A stretch of DNA of 63,734 nucleotides, filler included, from Craspedostauros australis (lineage: Eukaryota): the NCBI GenBank assembly GCA_030167865.1. It is 11 parts of 11 records of this genome, joined end to end, with 100 filler letters (N's around TTAATTAATTAA, not from the genome) between each part and the next. Parts side by side here need not be neighbours in the genome. Positions count along the whole stretch, not along the records: positions 9,139 to 35,236 come from JALAGF010003032.1; 10 more parts are not named here. One strand, given 5' to 3'. Position 1 is the first letter of the stretch. The number at the start of each line of letters is the position of its first letter. Shown in pieces: positions 9,881-22,319 of the stretch. The position numbers and the translations under genes are program-made. The notes below the pieces were generated by a model, which made no database searches, was not told the origin of the DNA, and saw only the letters and a program-made list of their open reading frames with translations.

Positions 9881-12553
9881 ATGGCCGAACGACCCACGCC
9901 GCAATCCATCGCGGTTTGCGCATTGATCGCGCTGCATTCCGACCCCAAGTCATCCTTGAACAGCAGCACCAATGACGGCGATGCCCGCGCCGTGCTTGGC
10001 AGAACGCTGGAGCAGGAGGTCACGTTGGAATGGAGGGAGGGTGGATCCGTGGCCCCGCTCCACGAATGGGCCTTCACGATGAGAATCAAGGGTTGCGGCG
10101 CAACGATCATGAACGGGTTGTTCCAATCTCTCAACGATGCAGCCACGACCATAGAGGGTCTCATGGAGCTCATGTCATCGCTGCAAGTGAGCCTGTCGGA
10201 AGGCATGATCGATCCCACCTCCAGTCAGGGCGTGTATCTGCGCCAGGTGCTGCTGGGATTCGAGGAGCTTTCCTTCGAATCCGTCACCATGCTGTGTCAG
10301 GCATTGCGGGACGAACTGGTGATGTGGGATACCTCCATGCAGACCTCTGCCCAGGCGACGGATGGGGATGGCACGAATGCACCCGCGTCACATCCCGAAA
10401 CATCAGGTGTTTGGCCATCATCCTGGTCGACTTCACGAGAGCAGGTGGAACGGTTGGTGAGGAAGGAGTGCCTCGTGCTGATATCGGACATGAATGGTAC
10501 ATCGGCGACTGCAGATACTAAAACACAGGACGAAGACAAGGACGGTGGCGATGGATATCACGCAACTGAAATCAAGATCCAGGCTTACTTGGACAACGAT
10601 CCGGAGATACCGCTGCTCTATTTCTGGAGGTACCTCAATTGCTTGCGCCATGGCGAGAAGGCCGGCGCCATCGACTCCTTGCATGCGTACCTGGATCATG
10701 CGATGATGGTGCACTCCGACATCCTTCAATTCTCCGCGTTACTGCTGGCAAGCACCCATGCTAATTTCGGCGACTGGCACATCGCAGAGATGGCCGTGGA
10801 AGAGGCTGTCAAGGTGGCGCAGCAATCCAAAGATGCCTCTTGCGTTGCGTTCGCGTTGGGTTGGCTGGCGATGCTGCACCAACGCAGCAAAGGGGCAACA
10901 TCCGGCAGCAGCTTGGGCAACGGTGCCGTCCTCAGCGATTCTACGCATGTGGAAGGCGAGATGCTGCAGCGATGTGTCGCACGTGCCATGCAAGGCAACC
11001 TACGCACCCTGCAGTCAGGTGCCAACATGCTGCTGGCGCGATATCGCCTGCAGAGCATGGGCGAGTCATCGGGTGCCGCAGATCAGGAGTTCGACGATGC
11101 GGCGTCATCCACAAGCGCCGCATGGACAAGTTTGCTCGACGCGATGACCACCATCCCTCGTGCCCATTCGTCCGCATCCGGAAATCAAGGACGCCAGAAT
11201 GCGGGGAACGCAGCTGCCGCCGCCGCTGCTGCAGCCGCAACCAACGATGCGATCCCCCAGATGCTGGATCGATCGACTGCCATGTCTGCTGGGTACAGCA
11301 TCAAGCACGCCACGGCCGATCTATCACAGCAGCGCATGATGTCGGCCAGCCTGTGGAATGATTTGGGCAACCCGATCATGTCGGGCATTTCGTCGCTCAC
11401 TGTCTTGGAATCCATCAACACGCTGTCAAAGAACGATGCAATCGTTGCCATCCAGAATCTTGCGCGCAATGCCTTGCACGGATGCTCCAACGACAAGATG
11501 GGAATGCATCGATCGCTGCAAAGTGCGAATCCGGTGGTGGGACGGTGCGTGTATGCCACTGCCATCCAGACCATGCTGACCCTACGCGAACGGTACCTGC
11601 TCCAATCGTCTCACGATGAAAGCAAAAGTGAAAACGACGATGCTGCATTGGAAGAGCCATTCTATCGATCCATCTTGTTGCTGCTGCACGAATGGGCGGT
11701 CCGTCGCGGTGATCTTGACGATGCCAGAGCATTGCAGACGGTACTGCCCGACTACCTGTACCCGCGCATGGGCGTTTCATGCGAAGCCTACGCGGATGAC
11801 ATCAAGCTGCAGCGAGTCCATTTGCTGATCTCCACTGGCTCCTGGGACGAAGCGCGGGATATTCTGAAACCAATGATCGATGCAACGGCAGCTTCAGGTG
11901 CAAGCAAGCACAAGCGAGCGGATCTGTTGCTACGATGGAGCGAGCTGCAGCTGGAGGCATCTTCAACAGGCATGGCGGCCCTGAAGTCCCTTCTGCAGGT
12001 GCTGACACTCTCCAAGCACGATGAGATGGATGGCATCCATGCCACCGCGCTTTCTCTTCTTGCGCGTTTATTTCTGAAGATGGGACATGCCAAACGAGCT
12101 CTTGCGTTGCTGAAGTCCTGCATCAACCAGCTCGTGCAGCACGAACATGTGCATTACCAAGGCGAGGCCATGCTGACGTATGCGATGTGCTACATGCAGC
12201 TTTCCAACCCAAAGAACGATGCTTGGATGGAGGTGACGGGCGAACGGGGCGCCAGACCTTCCTCCAATCAACGCAAACGCGACCGACTGAACGCGCTGTC
12301 CTTCTTGCGACGGGCGCAGGAGCTGTTCGAGAAGTGCCAGGACATTCACAAGCTGAAACAAATCCACTACCTGCAGGCAAGGGTATGCAATGATTTGGGA
12401 GCGGACAAGCTGAGTCAACGCGATGCAGCCTCGGAAAAGTTCCTCCAGGCATCTCGGTATCTGGCGCAGATGCGAACTGATTCCATTCTGGATAGCTTGC
12501 ACATTGGAGGTTTGCAAATGCTCGTCGGTCGCAAATTGCCGATCGGATCGTAG
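9881..12553 (+). CDS. ANAPC5: Anaphase-promoting complex subunit 5-like (TPR-like helical protein)
   Basis: APC5-like segments YFWRYLNCLRHGEKAGAIDSLHAYLDH and ALLLASTHANFGDWHIAEMAVEEAVKVAQQSKDASCVAFALGWL, plus N-terminal IDPTSSQGVYLRQVLLGFEELSFESV. Likely start MAERPTP at 9881. Confidence 0.78.
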   Translation: MAERPTPQSIAVCALIALHSDPKSSLNSSTNDGDARAVLGRTLEQEVTLEWREGGSVAPLHEWAFTMRIKGCGATIMNGLFQSLNDAATTIEGLMELMSSLQVSLSEGMIDPTSSQGVYLRQVLLGFEELSFESVTMLCQALRDELVMWDTSMQTSAQATDGDGTNAPASHPETSGVWPSSWSTSREQVERLVRKECLVLISDMNGTSATADTKTQDEDKDGGDGYHATEIKIQAYLDNDPEIPLLYFWRYLNCLRHGEKAGAIDSLHAYLDHAMMVHSDILQFSALLLASTHANFGDWHIAEMAVEEAVKVAQQSKDASCVAFALGWLAMLHQRSKGATSGSSLGNGAVLSDSTHVEGEMLQRCVARAMQGNLRTLQSGANMLLARYRLQSMGESSGAADQEFDDAASSTSAAWTSLLDAMTTIPRAHSSASGNQGRQNAGNAAAAAAAAAATNDAIPQMLDRSTAMSAGYSIKHATADLSQQRMMSASLWNDLGNPIMSGISSLTVLESINTLSKNDAIVAIQNLARNALHGCSNDKMGMHRSLQSANPVVGRCVYATAIQTMLTLRERYLLQSSHDESKSENDDAALEEPFYRSILLLLHEWAVRRGDLDDARALQTVLPDYLYPRMGVSCEAYADDIKLQRVHLLISTGSWDEARDILKPMIDATAASGASKHKRADLLLRWSELQLEASSTGMAALKSLLQVLTLSKHDEMDGIHATALSLLARLFLKMGHAKRALALLKSCINQLVQHEHVHYQGEAMLTYAMCYMQLSNPKNDAWMEVTGERGARPSSNQRKRDRLNALSFLRRAQELFEKCQDIHKLKQIHYLQARVCNDLGADKLSQRDAASEKFLQASRYLAQMRTDSILDSLHIGGLQMLVGRKLPIGS

Positions 12554-12771
12554 TGAACGCACTGTATTGAATGCGTGGTAGACAAGCATGCCCACTTAGT
12601 ACCATAAGCCCGTAAGTGGCATGGAGAAGCTACCAGGCATATTATCTTCAGCGACAAACCGTGCGAGGAGTAGGTTGAAGTGAATAATCCAAAAATGGAG
12701 AAGGGCTCGCTGCGCGGATGGTCTGTTGTACCCTCCAGAGAGAGAGAGAGTGAGAGCGTACTCGTAGTCTG

Positions 12772-14448
12772 CTACATTTGATTACATTCGACGTTGGCAT
12801 CATCGCTGCCGCCAGCGCCGCCACCAAATCCCTGACTAAAAAAGAAGCTGCGGCCACCGCCACCAGGAAAGAATCCCGACCCGGGCATCTGTTCCTCCTC
12901 GTCGTCGTCCTGCTCTAACTGGATGCGCCCACTTTTGCGCCCGAAGTCGGCCACCGATGCCTTCTGCATGCATTTCACATTTGCTTTTTTGGAAGGACGC
13001 GGCGCAGAACGCGGCTTGCCTTCCAACTTGGACAACAGCCGCCCCAACTCCTGGCGTTCGTCTTCCGTCAATCGCGACGCCGTCTGATCTGTGATCTTGG
13101 GCAATGTCACACGGTACTGCACGTACAGATCGCCATGCTCGTGCACGTTGTTGCGTTTCGGCATGCCGTATCCCGGCAGGACGTGCACGTCGCCGTTGGT
13201 GATAACGACGGGTGCTGATGCCAAGGTGAGGAAGGTTCCGTCGATGTGACGGATCGTCTTTTGCATGCCGTTGATGGCCTCCTCCAGCGAGATCGTGACC
13301 TTGATGGCCAGATCGTGCTCCTTGCGCGTGAAGGTGGGGTGAGGACGTTCGGACAGGATGAAGATGAGATCGCCAGGATGAGAGTCATCGGAGAAATCCA
13401 CCTCGCCGCTGAGTTTGATGCGTTCGCCGTTGACGGAGCCCTTGGGGATGGTCACCTCCACGTTTTTGGAGGATGGTGCGGACCGTGGATTTGGCGATGT
13501 GGGCATTTGGACGGACAGCCGTTGCGTTTTGCCAAAGTAGAGATCCTCCAACGTGACATCCATCTGATATCGCATGGTTGGATTGCGACGTGGTTGTTGC
13601 TGTTGCTGTTGTTGCTGGCGGAACATCTGTTGGAAGATGTCCTGATAGGATCCGCCCATACCAGCGGCGCCTGCAGGATTGGTGGGATCGACACCTTGCT
13701 TGCCGTATCTGTCGTAGAGCGGGCGCTTTGCTTCGTCAGATAGCACATCATATGCCTCCGTCACCTTGTCAAATGCCTTGCGATCGCCGCCGGGTTTATC
13801 GGTGTGAGTGTGCACGCATCGCTTGCGATAGGCCTTTTTGATGTCGTTGGCTGTCGCAGACTTGGGCACACCGAGAATAGCATAGTAGTCATTGGCTCTG
13901 AGAACCTCTTGCACGACAGCGTTTTCGGGGGTTGGCGCTGGTTGCGGTGGTGGTGATGACTTGGATTTGGGCGCTGATGGCTTTGACTGTGCTTCGGACG
14001 CTGGTGTCGATGTCGATGCTGATGCCGACGACGAGGCGTTTGCCGTTGGCTTTGCACGCTGCTGCTTTTGCCTTGCCGTCCTTGGATGGCCCTGCCTATC
14101 ACGATGCTTCTTTTTCTTCTTTTTGCTGCTGCTGGTACTGGTTTTGCTGTTGGTATGCGTGCTCGTGCTGTTCGCTGTGTTGGCGCTGCCACTGTGGCTA
14201 TCAGCATTGCTGCTGGACTCTCCGCCTCTTGGGACGGAATGCAAGATCTCCTGAGCCAATGCGCTGAGGGCAGGCGGCGATGAGATGACTTGATCGCAGC
14301 CGCTCGGTTGCCTGCGGCTTGGATGGCCGTCGGCAATGAAAGCGGACGGCGGCATCGGCGACGGCGACAGCACTGACCGGGCGGACGATGCTGAAGCATA
14401 TCCTGTTGTCGTGGCAGATGCCAGCAGAACAACCTTGGGATTCACCAT
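12772..14448 (-). CDS. DnaJ/Hsp40 protein with J domain, C-terminal substrate-binding domain and CaaX end
   Basis: DYYAILGV...IKKAYRK...AYDVLSDEAKRPLYDRYG, VTLEDLYFG, PGDLIFILSERPHPTFTRK, GYGMP, GDLYVQY. Ends CNQM. Confidence 0.9.
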   Translation of the reverse strand: MVNPKVVLLASATTTGYASASSARSVLSPSPMPPSAFIADGHPSRRQPSGCDQVISSPPALSALAQEILHSVPRGGESSSNADSHSGSANTANSTSTHTNSKTSTSSSKKKKKKHRDRQGHPRTARQKQQRAKPTANASSSASASTSTPASEAQSKPSAPKSKSSPPPQPAPTPENAVVQEVLRANDYYAILGVPKSATANDIKKAYRKRCVHTHTDKPGGDRKAFDKVTEAYDVLSDEAKRPLYDRYGKQGVDPTNPAGAAGMGGSYQDIFQQMFRQQQQQQQQPRRNPTMRYQMDVTLEDLYFGKTQRLSVQMPTSPNPRSAPSSKNVEVTIPKGSVNGERIKLSGEVDFSDDSHPGDLIFILSERPHPTFTRKEHDLAIKVTISLEEAINGMQKTIRHIDGTFLTLASAPVVITNGDVHVLPGYGMPKRNNVHEHGDLYVQYRVTLPKITDQTASRLTEDERQELGRLLSKLEGKPRSAPRPSKKANVKCMQKASVADFGRKSGRIQLEQDDDEEEQMPGSGFFPGGGGRSFFFSQGFGGGAGGSDDANVECNQM

Positions 14449-15923
14449 CGTTGCAATGTGATTGATGTTCCTCGTTCCTGATCTCTATGGGAAGTGATGA
14501 AGCAATGGGAGGAATGGAAGGAATGGGTGAATGAAAAATGATTGGCAACAAGTGGTGTGTGGTGTGTGCGATGTGTGGTGAGTTGTGCGTGGTGGGAGCG
14601 TTGTTTCCTCTTTTCTTTTGGCATCTCGTTTGCTCGTCAGTTGGTTCCACGTGTCTCTTCCGTCTTCCTATCATGACGTCACATGAGACTGATAGTCGAA
14701 CTTCAGTCACATGTGATGAGAATCAAGAATCAACTGATCACCTCGACTAAAAGCTCGGATGTGTTCGGTTTCTGACGAAGAAAAGAACAGCGAAGATCTT
14801 CGTCTTTCTTTCTGAGAGTCAAGGGTGATGTTCGCTTGGATGACTTTTTGTGTCTTCGCGTTGTTTTTGGTGTGTTGTGGCCCTTTTGGTTGGGTCGTGT
14901 TGCGCGTTGTTGCGGATGCACAATGCGTTGTGACAGGAGTGGAGATGTCTGCGCGGTACCGCGCTGGTTGGCGGCAGCAACGCCTCCTTCCCCTTGACAG
15001 ATGGACACATAGCGAAGGCTGCTTCCCTCGCCTCCGTTGTTTCTCCCAACCCGATTTCCCGATTGACCTCGCGCGGCCTCCTTGAATCAGCGCCTCCTTC
15101 CCTTCACCACCACCACTACACACAGGTCCAATCGCTTGCTTCTCTTCCTTGGGTTGAAGTGGAAACAACGACTCATACTAGTAGAGTACATACCCATAGA
15201 TCGCAGAGCCCATCCTCGCGAACAAAAGAGTGCTGAAGAGCACACGCAGAGAGTGGTTCAAGAGGTGTACCAACAACAGCAACACTGCTGCTCCGCACCC
15301 ACAAAGACTCTCGCAGTGACCATAGAAAGCCAGACCATCAACAAGGACAGGCGCACCAATAAGGATTGACAACAACAAAGCGAAAGACAGCCGTTCAGAG
15401 AGCATCCGCACGCCAAGTCGTTGCCAAAGACAAAAGCAGAAGCCCTTGTGAGAGGAAGCACCACACACACAAGCACAAGCACACGAGCACGAGCACGAAG
15501 ACTCGGAACAGCCTGTGTCTTGTTGAGTACCGAAAAAGGTCTCAGGAAGCAGCATCACGAAGCAGAGAGAAACGACGAGACGGCAACAGGGAAACCGAGA
15601 CGCAAGCGGATCCAGCCAGACAGACACATCATCTTGACGCAGTCAGAAACAGGAACAAGAAAGAGAAGTCACCAATCAAGCCTGACTCTCCTCAATCACG
15701 CCGCACAGAACGCCGCCTCCACATTCACATCACACCACAACGCGCCAAATCAGCTGCACTGTTCTGCAGAATCTTCAAACACGAGAGAACGCACACAGTT
15801 TGGAGCTAAAGCCAAAGACCCAGACAGAGCACGACAAATCGCGCCAGCATCAACGAGCTACTCCACTCCACTCCATACCACTACTCTATCACAAGTCCAC
15901 CACAACCCAGACAACGCATCAAC

Positions 15924-18451
15924 ATGGGCAACGACGTATCAACTCAAGGCCGGCGAGGCGTCGGAAGAGGCAAAGGTGAGTTCACAATGCTCTACATGAC
16001 ACTCTCCCGTCGAAACTAAACCCAACATGATCCCGCTTTGCTCGACTTGATTCGCCTTCCCTTCACTCCACTCAACCCAATGTGCTCTACTCTATTTCTT
16101 TCTTTTTTCTTTCAAATGTATGGATGCATTGCATGTTTGCAGGAAGCAAGAAAAGCAACGGAAGAGGGAAGGCCACCGGCGGAGACTCCGGCAGGTCTGC
16201 CGAACAGCCAATACAGGCGCAGACACGGGCAAAGACGAGCTCGAGTGCCTCCAAGAAAAGCAGCAACAAAAGCACTCCGCCAGCCGAGAAACGCATCGTC
16301 ACCATGGAACCCAGCGTCAAATCATTTGCCGGTCCCAATGCTCACAGACGAGACCGATCAAATCCCGTCATGATCACAGACGCCCTCTCCGATGTTCGTG
16401 TCAAGTAAGTCTCTTCTTACTCTCACCCGCAATGCGATGCAATGCAATATTGAGTCATGCCCGTATCCCACCGATCGCGCGTCCAGAAAATCAATGTGGG
16501 CGTTCGGGTACATTGAGTGGATTTCTACCAGCTGACCATCATACTCTAACCAACTTTCATGACCTTTGATATCATGCCCATGCCGTCTCTCTCTCTCGAT
16601 CCTTACAACATGCGCGTGTGTCGAAATTGGGCCGACCCATTCGCAACGGCTAACACTCGAAACAATGCGTTTTGCAATGGCACGGTCGCATGGAATACTC
16701 TATGCGATGCACCGCAAACCAAACCAAACCCACAACAAACTCACCCAACGAAACTCTATCAACAACATCGTCGTTTATTTTCATTGCAACGATCGTTTCC
16801 GGTGATGCAGGTATCATATCAATCCCAAGGAACTGGGCCACGGCCATTACGGCGTCGTCCGCAAGTGCATGGACCGCGAAACGAAGGCGTGGTACGCCAT
16901 CAAATCGATCCGAAAATCAAAGGTGTCAAAAATTGAAGTCCTCAAACGAGAAATTGCCATCCTCCAGGAGGTGAAACATCCGCACATTATCGAGCTGACG
17001 GATGTCTTCGAGGATTCCAAATACTTGCACCTCGTCACGGAGCTATGTACAGGTGGGGAGCTGTTCGATCGCATCATTGCAAAGACCAAATCGTCCGAGG
17101 GGCACTTCTCGGAGCACGACGCTGCCTGCTTGGTCCGCGACATCCTGGATGCCATTGCGTACTGCCATGACAACAAGGGCATCGTGCACCGAGACTTGAA
17201 GCCGGAGAATTTCCTCTTCCTCACGGAGGCAGATGATGCACCCATCAAGATTATCGATTTCGGATTGTCACGGCACAACGACACCAACCACGGCATCATG
17301 AAGACGAAGGTTGGAACACCGTACTACGTTGCGCCGGAAGTCCTGCGACGCGAGTACACGAAGAGCTGCGATATTTGGTCGATCGGGGTAATCTCCTACA
17401 TCCTGCTGTGCGGATACCCTCCGTTTTATGGCGATTCGGATACAGAAATCTTCGATTCCGTGCGGACGGGCAGGTTTGACTTCCCATCGCCGGAATGGGA
17501 TGACATCAGCAAAACCGCCAAAGATTTCGTCACCTTCCTGCTGCAAAAGGATGCCAAGCAGAGACCTACGGCCGCGCAGGCCATCGACCACACATGGATC
17601 AGGATGCATGACACCTCGACGAAGGCGCCCAGCACGCGTTCCTCCGTCCGCACCGGCAGCACCAGGTCGACGACATTCCAAAAGTTCATGGCCATCCAGA
17701 AGCTGAAAAAGGCCGCGCTCGTCGTCATCGCAACCAACCTGACGGAGGATCAGGTCGGGTCGTTGGGTGACATCTTCCGTCAAATTGACAAGGTCGGTGA
17801 CGGGCACATGACGCTGACAGAGCTGGACAATGCCATATCACAAGGTACGTTGCTGCATGCGTGGAATTGATCAGAGCGGGTGGTTGTGCTGTTACTCTAT
17901 TCTCCATAGTGGGCCTCTCTCTCCCTCCTTCTTGCCTTCCCCCGTTTTTGCTCACACTTGTATTGCGCCGCATTGTTTTACTCTGCTTTGGTTCGTCCAT
18001 ACATACTGATACAACTCGATCATTGTACTGCCCCATCATCTACCACGGGAAAAAACATGACGATGACAACGATTGGTAACGACGACGACCACGATAATTA
18101 TGCACAGGCCAATTCCCACAAGAGATCAAGGACAACATCGATGCCCTGAAGAACGAACTGTCGCTGACAGGGAACGATGCACTGAACTGGAGAGAATTCC
18201 TGGCAGCCACGATGGACAAGAACCTCGTGATGAGGGAGGACAAGATCAGGATAGCGTTCGATCACTTCCGCCACACAGAGGGGGACTGCCTCACCCTCAC
18301 TGACTTCAAGGATATTTTCAAGGGCGAAGAAAAGCAAGCCAAAGAAGTGTTCACGATACTGGACAGCGACGGAGATGGCAAGGTGTCGTTCGAGGATTTC
18401 AAGAATGCCATTGAACAGGCAATGGATCCATCTGACGTCTCTGCCGAGTAA
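15924..18451 (+). CDS. Calcium-dependent protein kinase (CDPK), 4 exons (15924-15975, 16143-16404, 16811-17844, 18108-18451)
   Basis: Phase-compatible GT..AG introns give MGNDVST (myristoylation-like), LGHGHYGVV, HRDLKPEN, DFG, GTPYYVAPE, a junction helix and EF-hands (DKVGDGHMTLTE, DSDGDGKVSFED). Confidence 0.92.
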
Positions 18452-21056
18452 GGCGGAGTGAACAAAGAGAGCGGCAGCAACAGCGGTAGTGCAGATTCGA
18501 ATGAGTCAGCGCACGCAGCAGAGCCGCAAAAGCAAACTGGAGCGATGGTGCATGGTGCATCTGACATTGTTGCAATGGCAACCATTCAGACCTCATGCGC
18601 AGGACCGGATGTGCATCATCTCACAGACTCGTACTCCTACTCGTACCAATAACAACCGAAAATGAGCCGTGGGTGGTGTCACTGCTTCTGCGTCCCTCGT
18701 GCGCTTGGTACGACGAGGCGACACCCCGATGAATGCACCGTCCTCTACTCAACATGAATTTGCTCATAGCAGCAAGTGGTTGCGATACCTTGGTCGCATT
18801 CGCCACGAAGGACTGCGACAGACGAAGCCCGTGCCGTGTACGGCCACAGGATACTGCCGACTTTCCGCCATGTTCTGCCAACCGCACAAAGTCCATTTTG
18901 CACGCGCTGGCCAAAATGAGCCGTTCCAAAGCGCGTGGTATGCATGCTCCACAACTTCTCCCTGACTCTGGATCATTGTTACGTACTTCTCTCCAGAAAG
19001 AGAGAGCATAGTACTCGTATAATATTTGTCGGTCGGCCGGCACTGTCCTGTCACTCTCAAGGGAGCATTATCCATAGCTTTGAGTGTTGTTGCGTTACGC
19101 TGCATGCATGGCAGTGTTGCGGCTGTACTCGTACCCGTATGGCACGAGTGGCCTGGAATGCTGGCACAGCTACTCAGGGAGGAAGCGCAATCATTTCATG
19201 AGACTCATGTGGTACATGGTCTGCTGCTCTGTGGTATCATTGCCAACACACACGGAGGCACGTCATCCGGTGCCGACAAGACACACTCGATGCTAGAAGA
19301 GTGCAGAAACAGGAACACCGTCCGCCCACTGTCACATTACTGTACTTCCATGTGTCAACAGCATGAGGCAGCACAACAGCCATTTCATCGCACGTGTTCG
19401 GATCAGGAGTACTCTGCACTACTCTATTCGTACTCCGGAAAGCATGGCGCACCTACTACTACTCCACTCTGATCTATGGTACGAGTACGACCGATGCTAA
19501 TGGTGACGATACTGGAACCGGCGTTGAAGGTGGCAGCGACAATGACGCAACCCATCGTAGCGCGTAAAAAGTGCATCGCAGTTACAACCCTCAGATGGTT
19601 TTCGAAACACACGGTTTTGCATTGCCTGCCAGAAGCGCGACAAAATGATGCAACCGCGCAGCCAAGCGGAGCATGTGTGTCGAAGAATGATGACGGTGGC
19701 GATGGTTGGGGAGAGACTCATTCCCTGAGGGGAGATCGCCTGAGTGATGCACGTGTTCTTGCGTGTCTGTCCACCCACCTCTTTGTCCGTGTAGCTCCAC
19801 AATGCGCGCGACATCGTGTTGCTTCCGCGATGCGCATTCCGTGACACTGCAAAAATTGCGCAGAACTGAATTTGTGGTCAGGAACAGATCAGACCACGGT
19901 TTTCACAAAGTTGACTCAGCGAACATCGGATCAGTCGCGAAACGTGTTCTCCTCGACGCGACAACTTGAAGAAGACCACCACTTCTGCATGAACGCGGCA
20001 ATTTGATTGGCGGACGCGATGACATCTGCCGACACTGCAGCTGCTTGGGGTCATTGCTTGAGGCCATTTGTCTCGTGGATGTCAGACACCAACCAATCAA
20101 CAATCGGATGGCCACTGAACCGACCAATGGCACCCGAAAGAGGAAACTTCTTCTGCCTGTCACCCAACCAACAAGGTCAGACCAAAGACATGTTGACCGC
20201 CGCCCACGAATCTCCGCCAACGAGGGTGGGAACGCGGCAGGGTTCGCTGTCAAGCGGAAGGACAACACGAGACCTGCCCTGGTGAGGAACATGACACGGA
20301 AAGGGAGAAGGCGAAACCCACCCCAAGGAAGCCACCGATAACACGGCAACAGCGACGGCAACGTCAACGGCAGCGTCAACGGCAGCAGCAGCAGCAGCAG
20401 CAGCAACCAAGACAGAGAGAGAGAGAGAGAGACAAAGGAGGGAAGAGGACGACGGAGGTAAGAACAACAAGAGAGATAGAGGGGGGAGGTTGGATTGGAG
20501 GAGTATACGAAAGTAGGGGGCGACAAGTCGAACTCCGCAAAAGCAGCTCCAACTGCAAACACACCCTTTGTTGTGCGTGCCATACTCTACCACAAGCACA
20601 CGTATACCGTCGGTCGTACACTACGAGTGCCATACAACGACAACGACCATACTCACCAGTTGCACAACCATCAGGAGGGGTTGAAGCGAGGTGGAAACGT
20701 CATCTCCATTGCGTGTTGACATCGGCCAATTGGGAAACATCACGCTGCAGTCAACCATCCAGCCCACCGATTCATCGCATTCATCCATCTGGCCGCAGCA
20801 TTGCTGTCGACACCCAGAGAGGAGCGCTACTTCGATCTCTCCAACCATAGCAACCGCAGAGGACACCAGCAGAAATCGTGTTGCCGTATACGACACTGCT
20901 TTGCACAGCATCTTGTTGGTCTGTTGTACTCGTACCAGCGCATGCTCGGACCATACCACACACAGTCGACGATACCGTTTGTTTCGATTCATAGCATACA
21001 GCATTGCGTCAAGTTGTGTGGCCTCGCGGACTCCAACTTCTCCGGAGCCCGACCTG

Positions 21057-22319
21057 ATGATCGCAGAACAGGCACCGCATCTCCACGCCAACGCCATAGC
21101 CAGTATGGAGCACTCGTCGCAGCCCTTGTGGCCCTTTGGACGGCCAGCTCTCTCGGGCAGTGGGAGTCCCAACAGCAACAGCAACAGCAACAACAACAAC
21201 AAGCGTAAGAATAAGAATAAGACCAGTCAGCAGCAACGCTCAACCGAGGACGGTCAAGTTCACCCCAGTGCGGCCACCACAGCAGGTGGACGAGAAGGAG
21301 GTCAGATCCCGGCGATGCTGGACACATCTATCGCCGTTTGGGATGATCGCAATCCAGCAATGACATCTTCAGCACCTGGAGGCGGGGTCAAAGGCTACGC
21401 ATTCCGAAAGCAGCAGGAAGGACAGCAACAGCAACAGCACCAGCCAAGTGAAACGCACATCGCTACTGGTACGCAGAACATTCCTCTGCCTGACAGAGAC
21501 ATGCGGCGCATCGAATCGGAGCTGCGGTTACGTCATAGCATGGCCATGGCGGAGCAGAATGATCTCAACATGTTCTACCGCCTCGTCAATGGCATCCGTG
21601 AGAGGCAGCTGGTCCTGGCACAGCAGAATCACGAAGAAGAGCAGAGCTCCCCTTCCACCACCACCACTCACCGTGCATCGTCACGGACACACGGCTACCT
21701 CCACGATCAGAGCATCGCCGGTATCATCGAAACCAGAAACGCTCCGCTACGACGACGCAGCAGCGGCATGTCTTCGGTTTTGCCACCGAGTCCCGCCCAT
21801 GCGACACCCCATGCCGTCCCGCCTCAGATCATACAACCGATAGTGCAGCAGCCACATCGTCGCCACCAACCTCTGGCACAGCAGCTTCGGGAGTACCATA
21901 TGATCACGGATCCATCTTCAGGCCCCACGCCTTCCTTCTTGCCTCAGTTGGGGGAGCACCAGAGCTCCAGCACACCCAGCGACGATTGGTCAGTCTCTGG
22001 ATTCGCGACGGAACTTTCACCGCCGCACAAGAGCCCTGACCGGCCGTACCAACAACTTCATCATCAACAGCACCAGCACCAGCTCCAACAGCAGCACTAT
22101 CGGTCACATCACCAATACAGTTTGCGTGAACAACCAGCCTTCGCAAACGTGAATGGCATCATGCCCGCCCCAGATACCTACGGTTTCGCACCATCAGCTC
22201 AGCATGCCGCCTACCAAGACAACGCGGGCAGTTCCGGCGGCTTCAACGATCGCTCTCCTTCGCTACGCCCAACACCACACTACGATGGTGACGACGAGAT
22301 CTTCGAGCTAGACCTGTAG
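21057..22319 (+). CDS. Low-complexity Q/H/S-rich hypothetical protein
   Basis: Long ORF 20691..22319 with one helical island (RRIESELRLRHSMAMAEQNDLNMFYRLVNGIRERQ) and acidic end DDEIFELDL. Start codon uncertain. Confidence 0.65.
   Translation: MIAEQAPHLHANAIASMEHSSQPLWPFGRPALSGSGSPNSNSNSNNNNKRKNKNKTSQQQRSTEDGQVHPSAATTAGGREGGQIPAMLDTSIAVWDDRNPAMTSSAPGGGVKGYAFRKQQEGQQQQQHQPSETHIATGTQNIPLPDRDMRRIESELRLRHSMAMAEQNDLNMFYRLVNGIRERQLVLAQQNHEEEQSSPSTTTTHRASSRTHGYLHDQSIAGIIETRNAPLRRRSSGMSSVLPPSPAHATPHAVPPQIIQPIVQQPHRRHQPLAQQLREYHMITDPSSGPTPSFLPQLGEHQSSSTPSDDWSVSGFATELSPPHKSPDRPYQQLHHQQHQHQLQQQHYRSHHQYSLREQPAFANVNGIMPAPDTYGFAPSAQHAAYQDNAGSSGGFNDRSPSLRPTPHYDGDDEIFELDL

Noticed and set aside
14713..14775. 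C/D snoRNA-like arrangement (GTGATGA...CTGA...CTGA) with 11 nt resembling an antisense to SSU rRNA
   Set aside because: The match is not adjacent to the D' box, there is no terminal stem, and it lies in the DnaJ upstream region.
18460..20690. Many short overlapping ORFs
   Set aside because: No motifs or consistent codon bias. Microsatellite-rich intergenic or UTR sequence.
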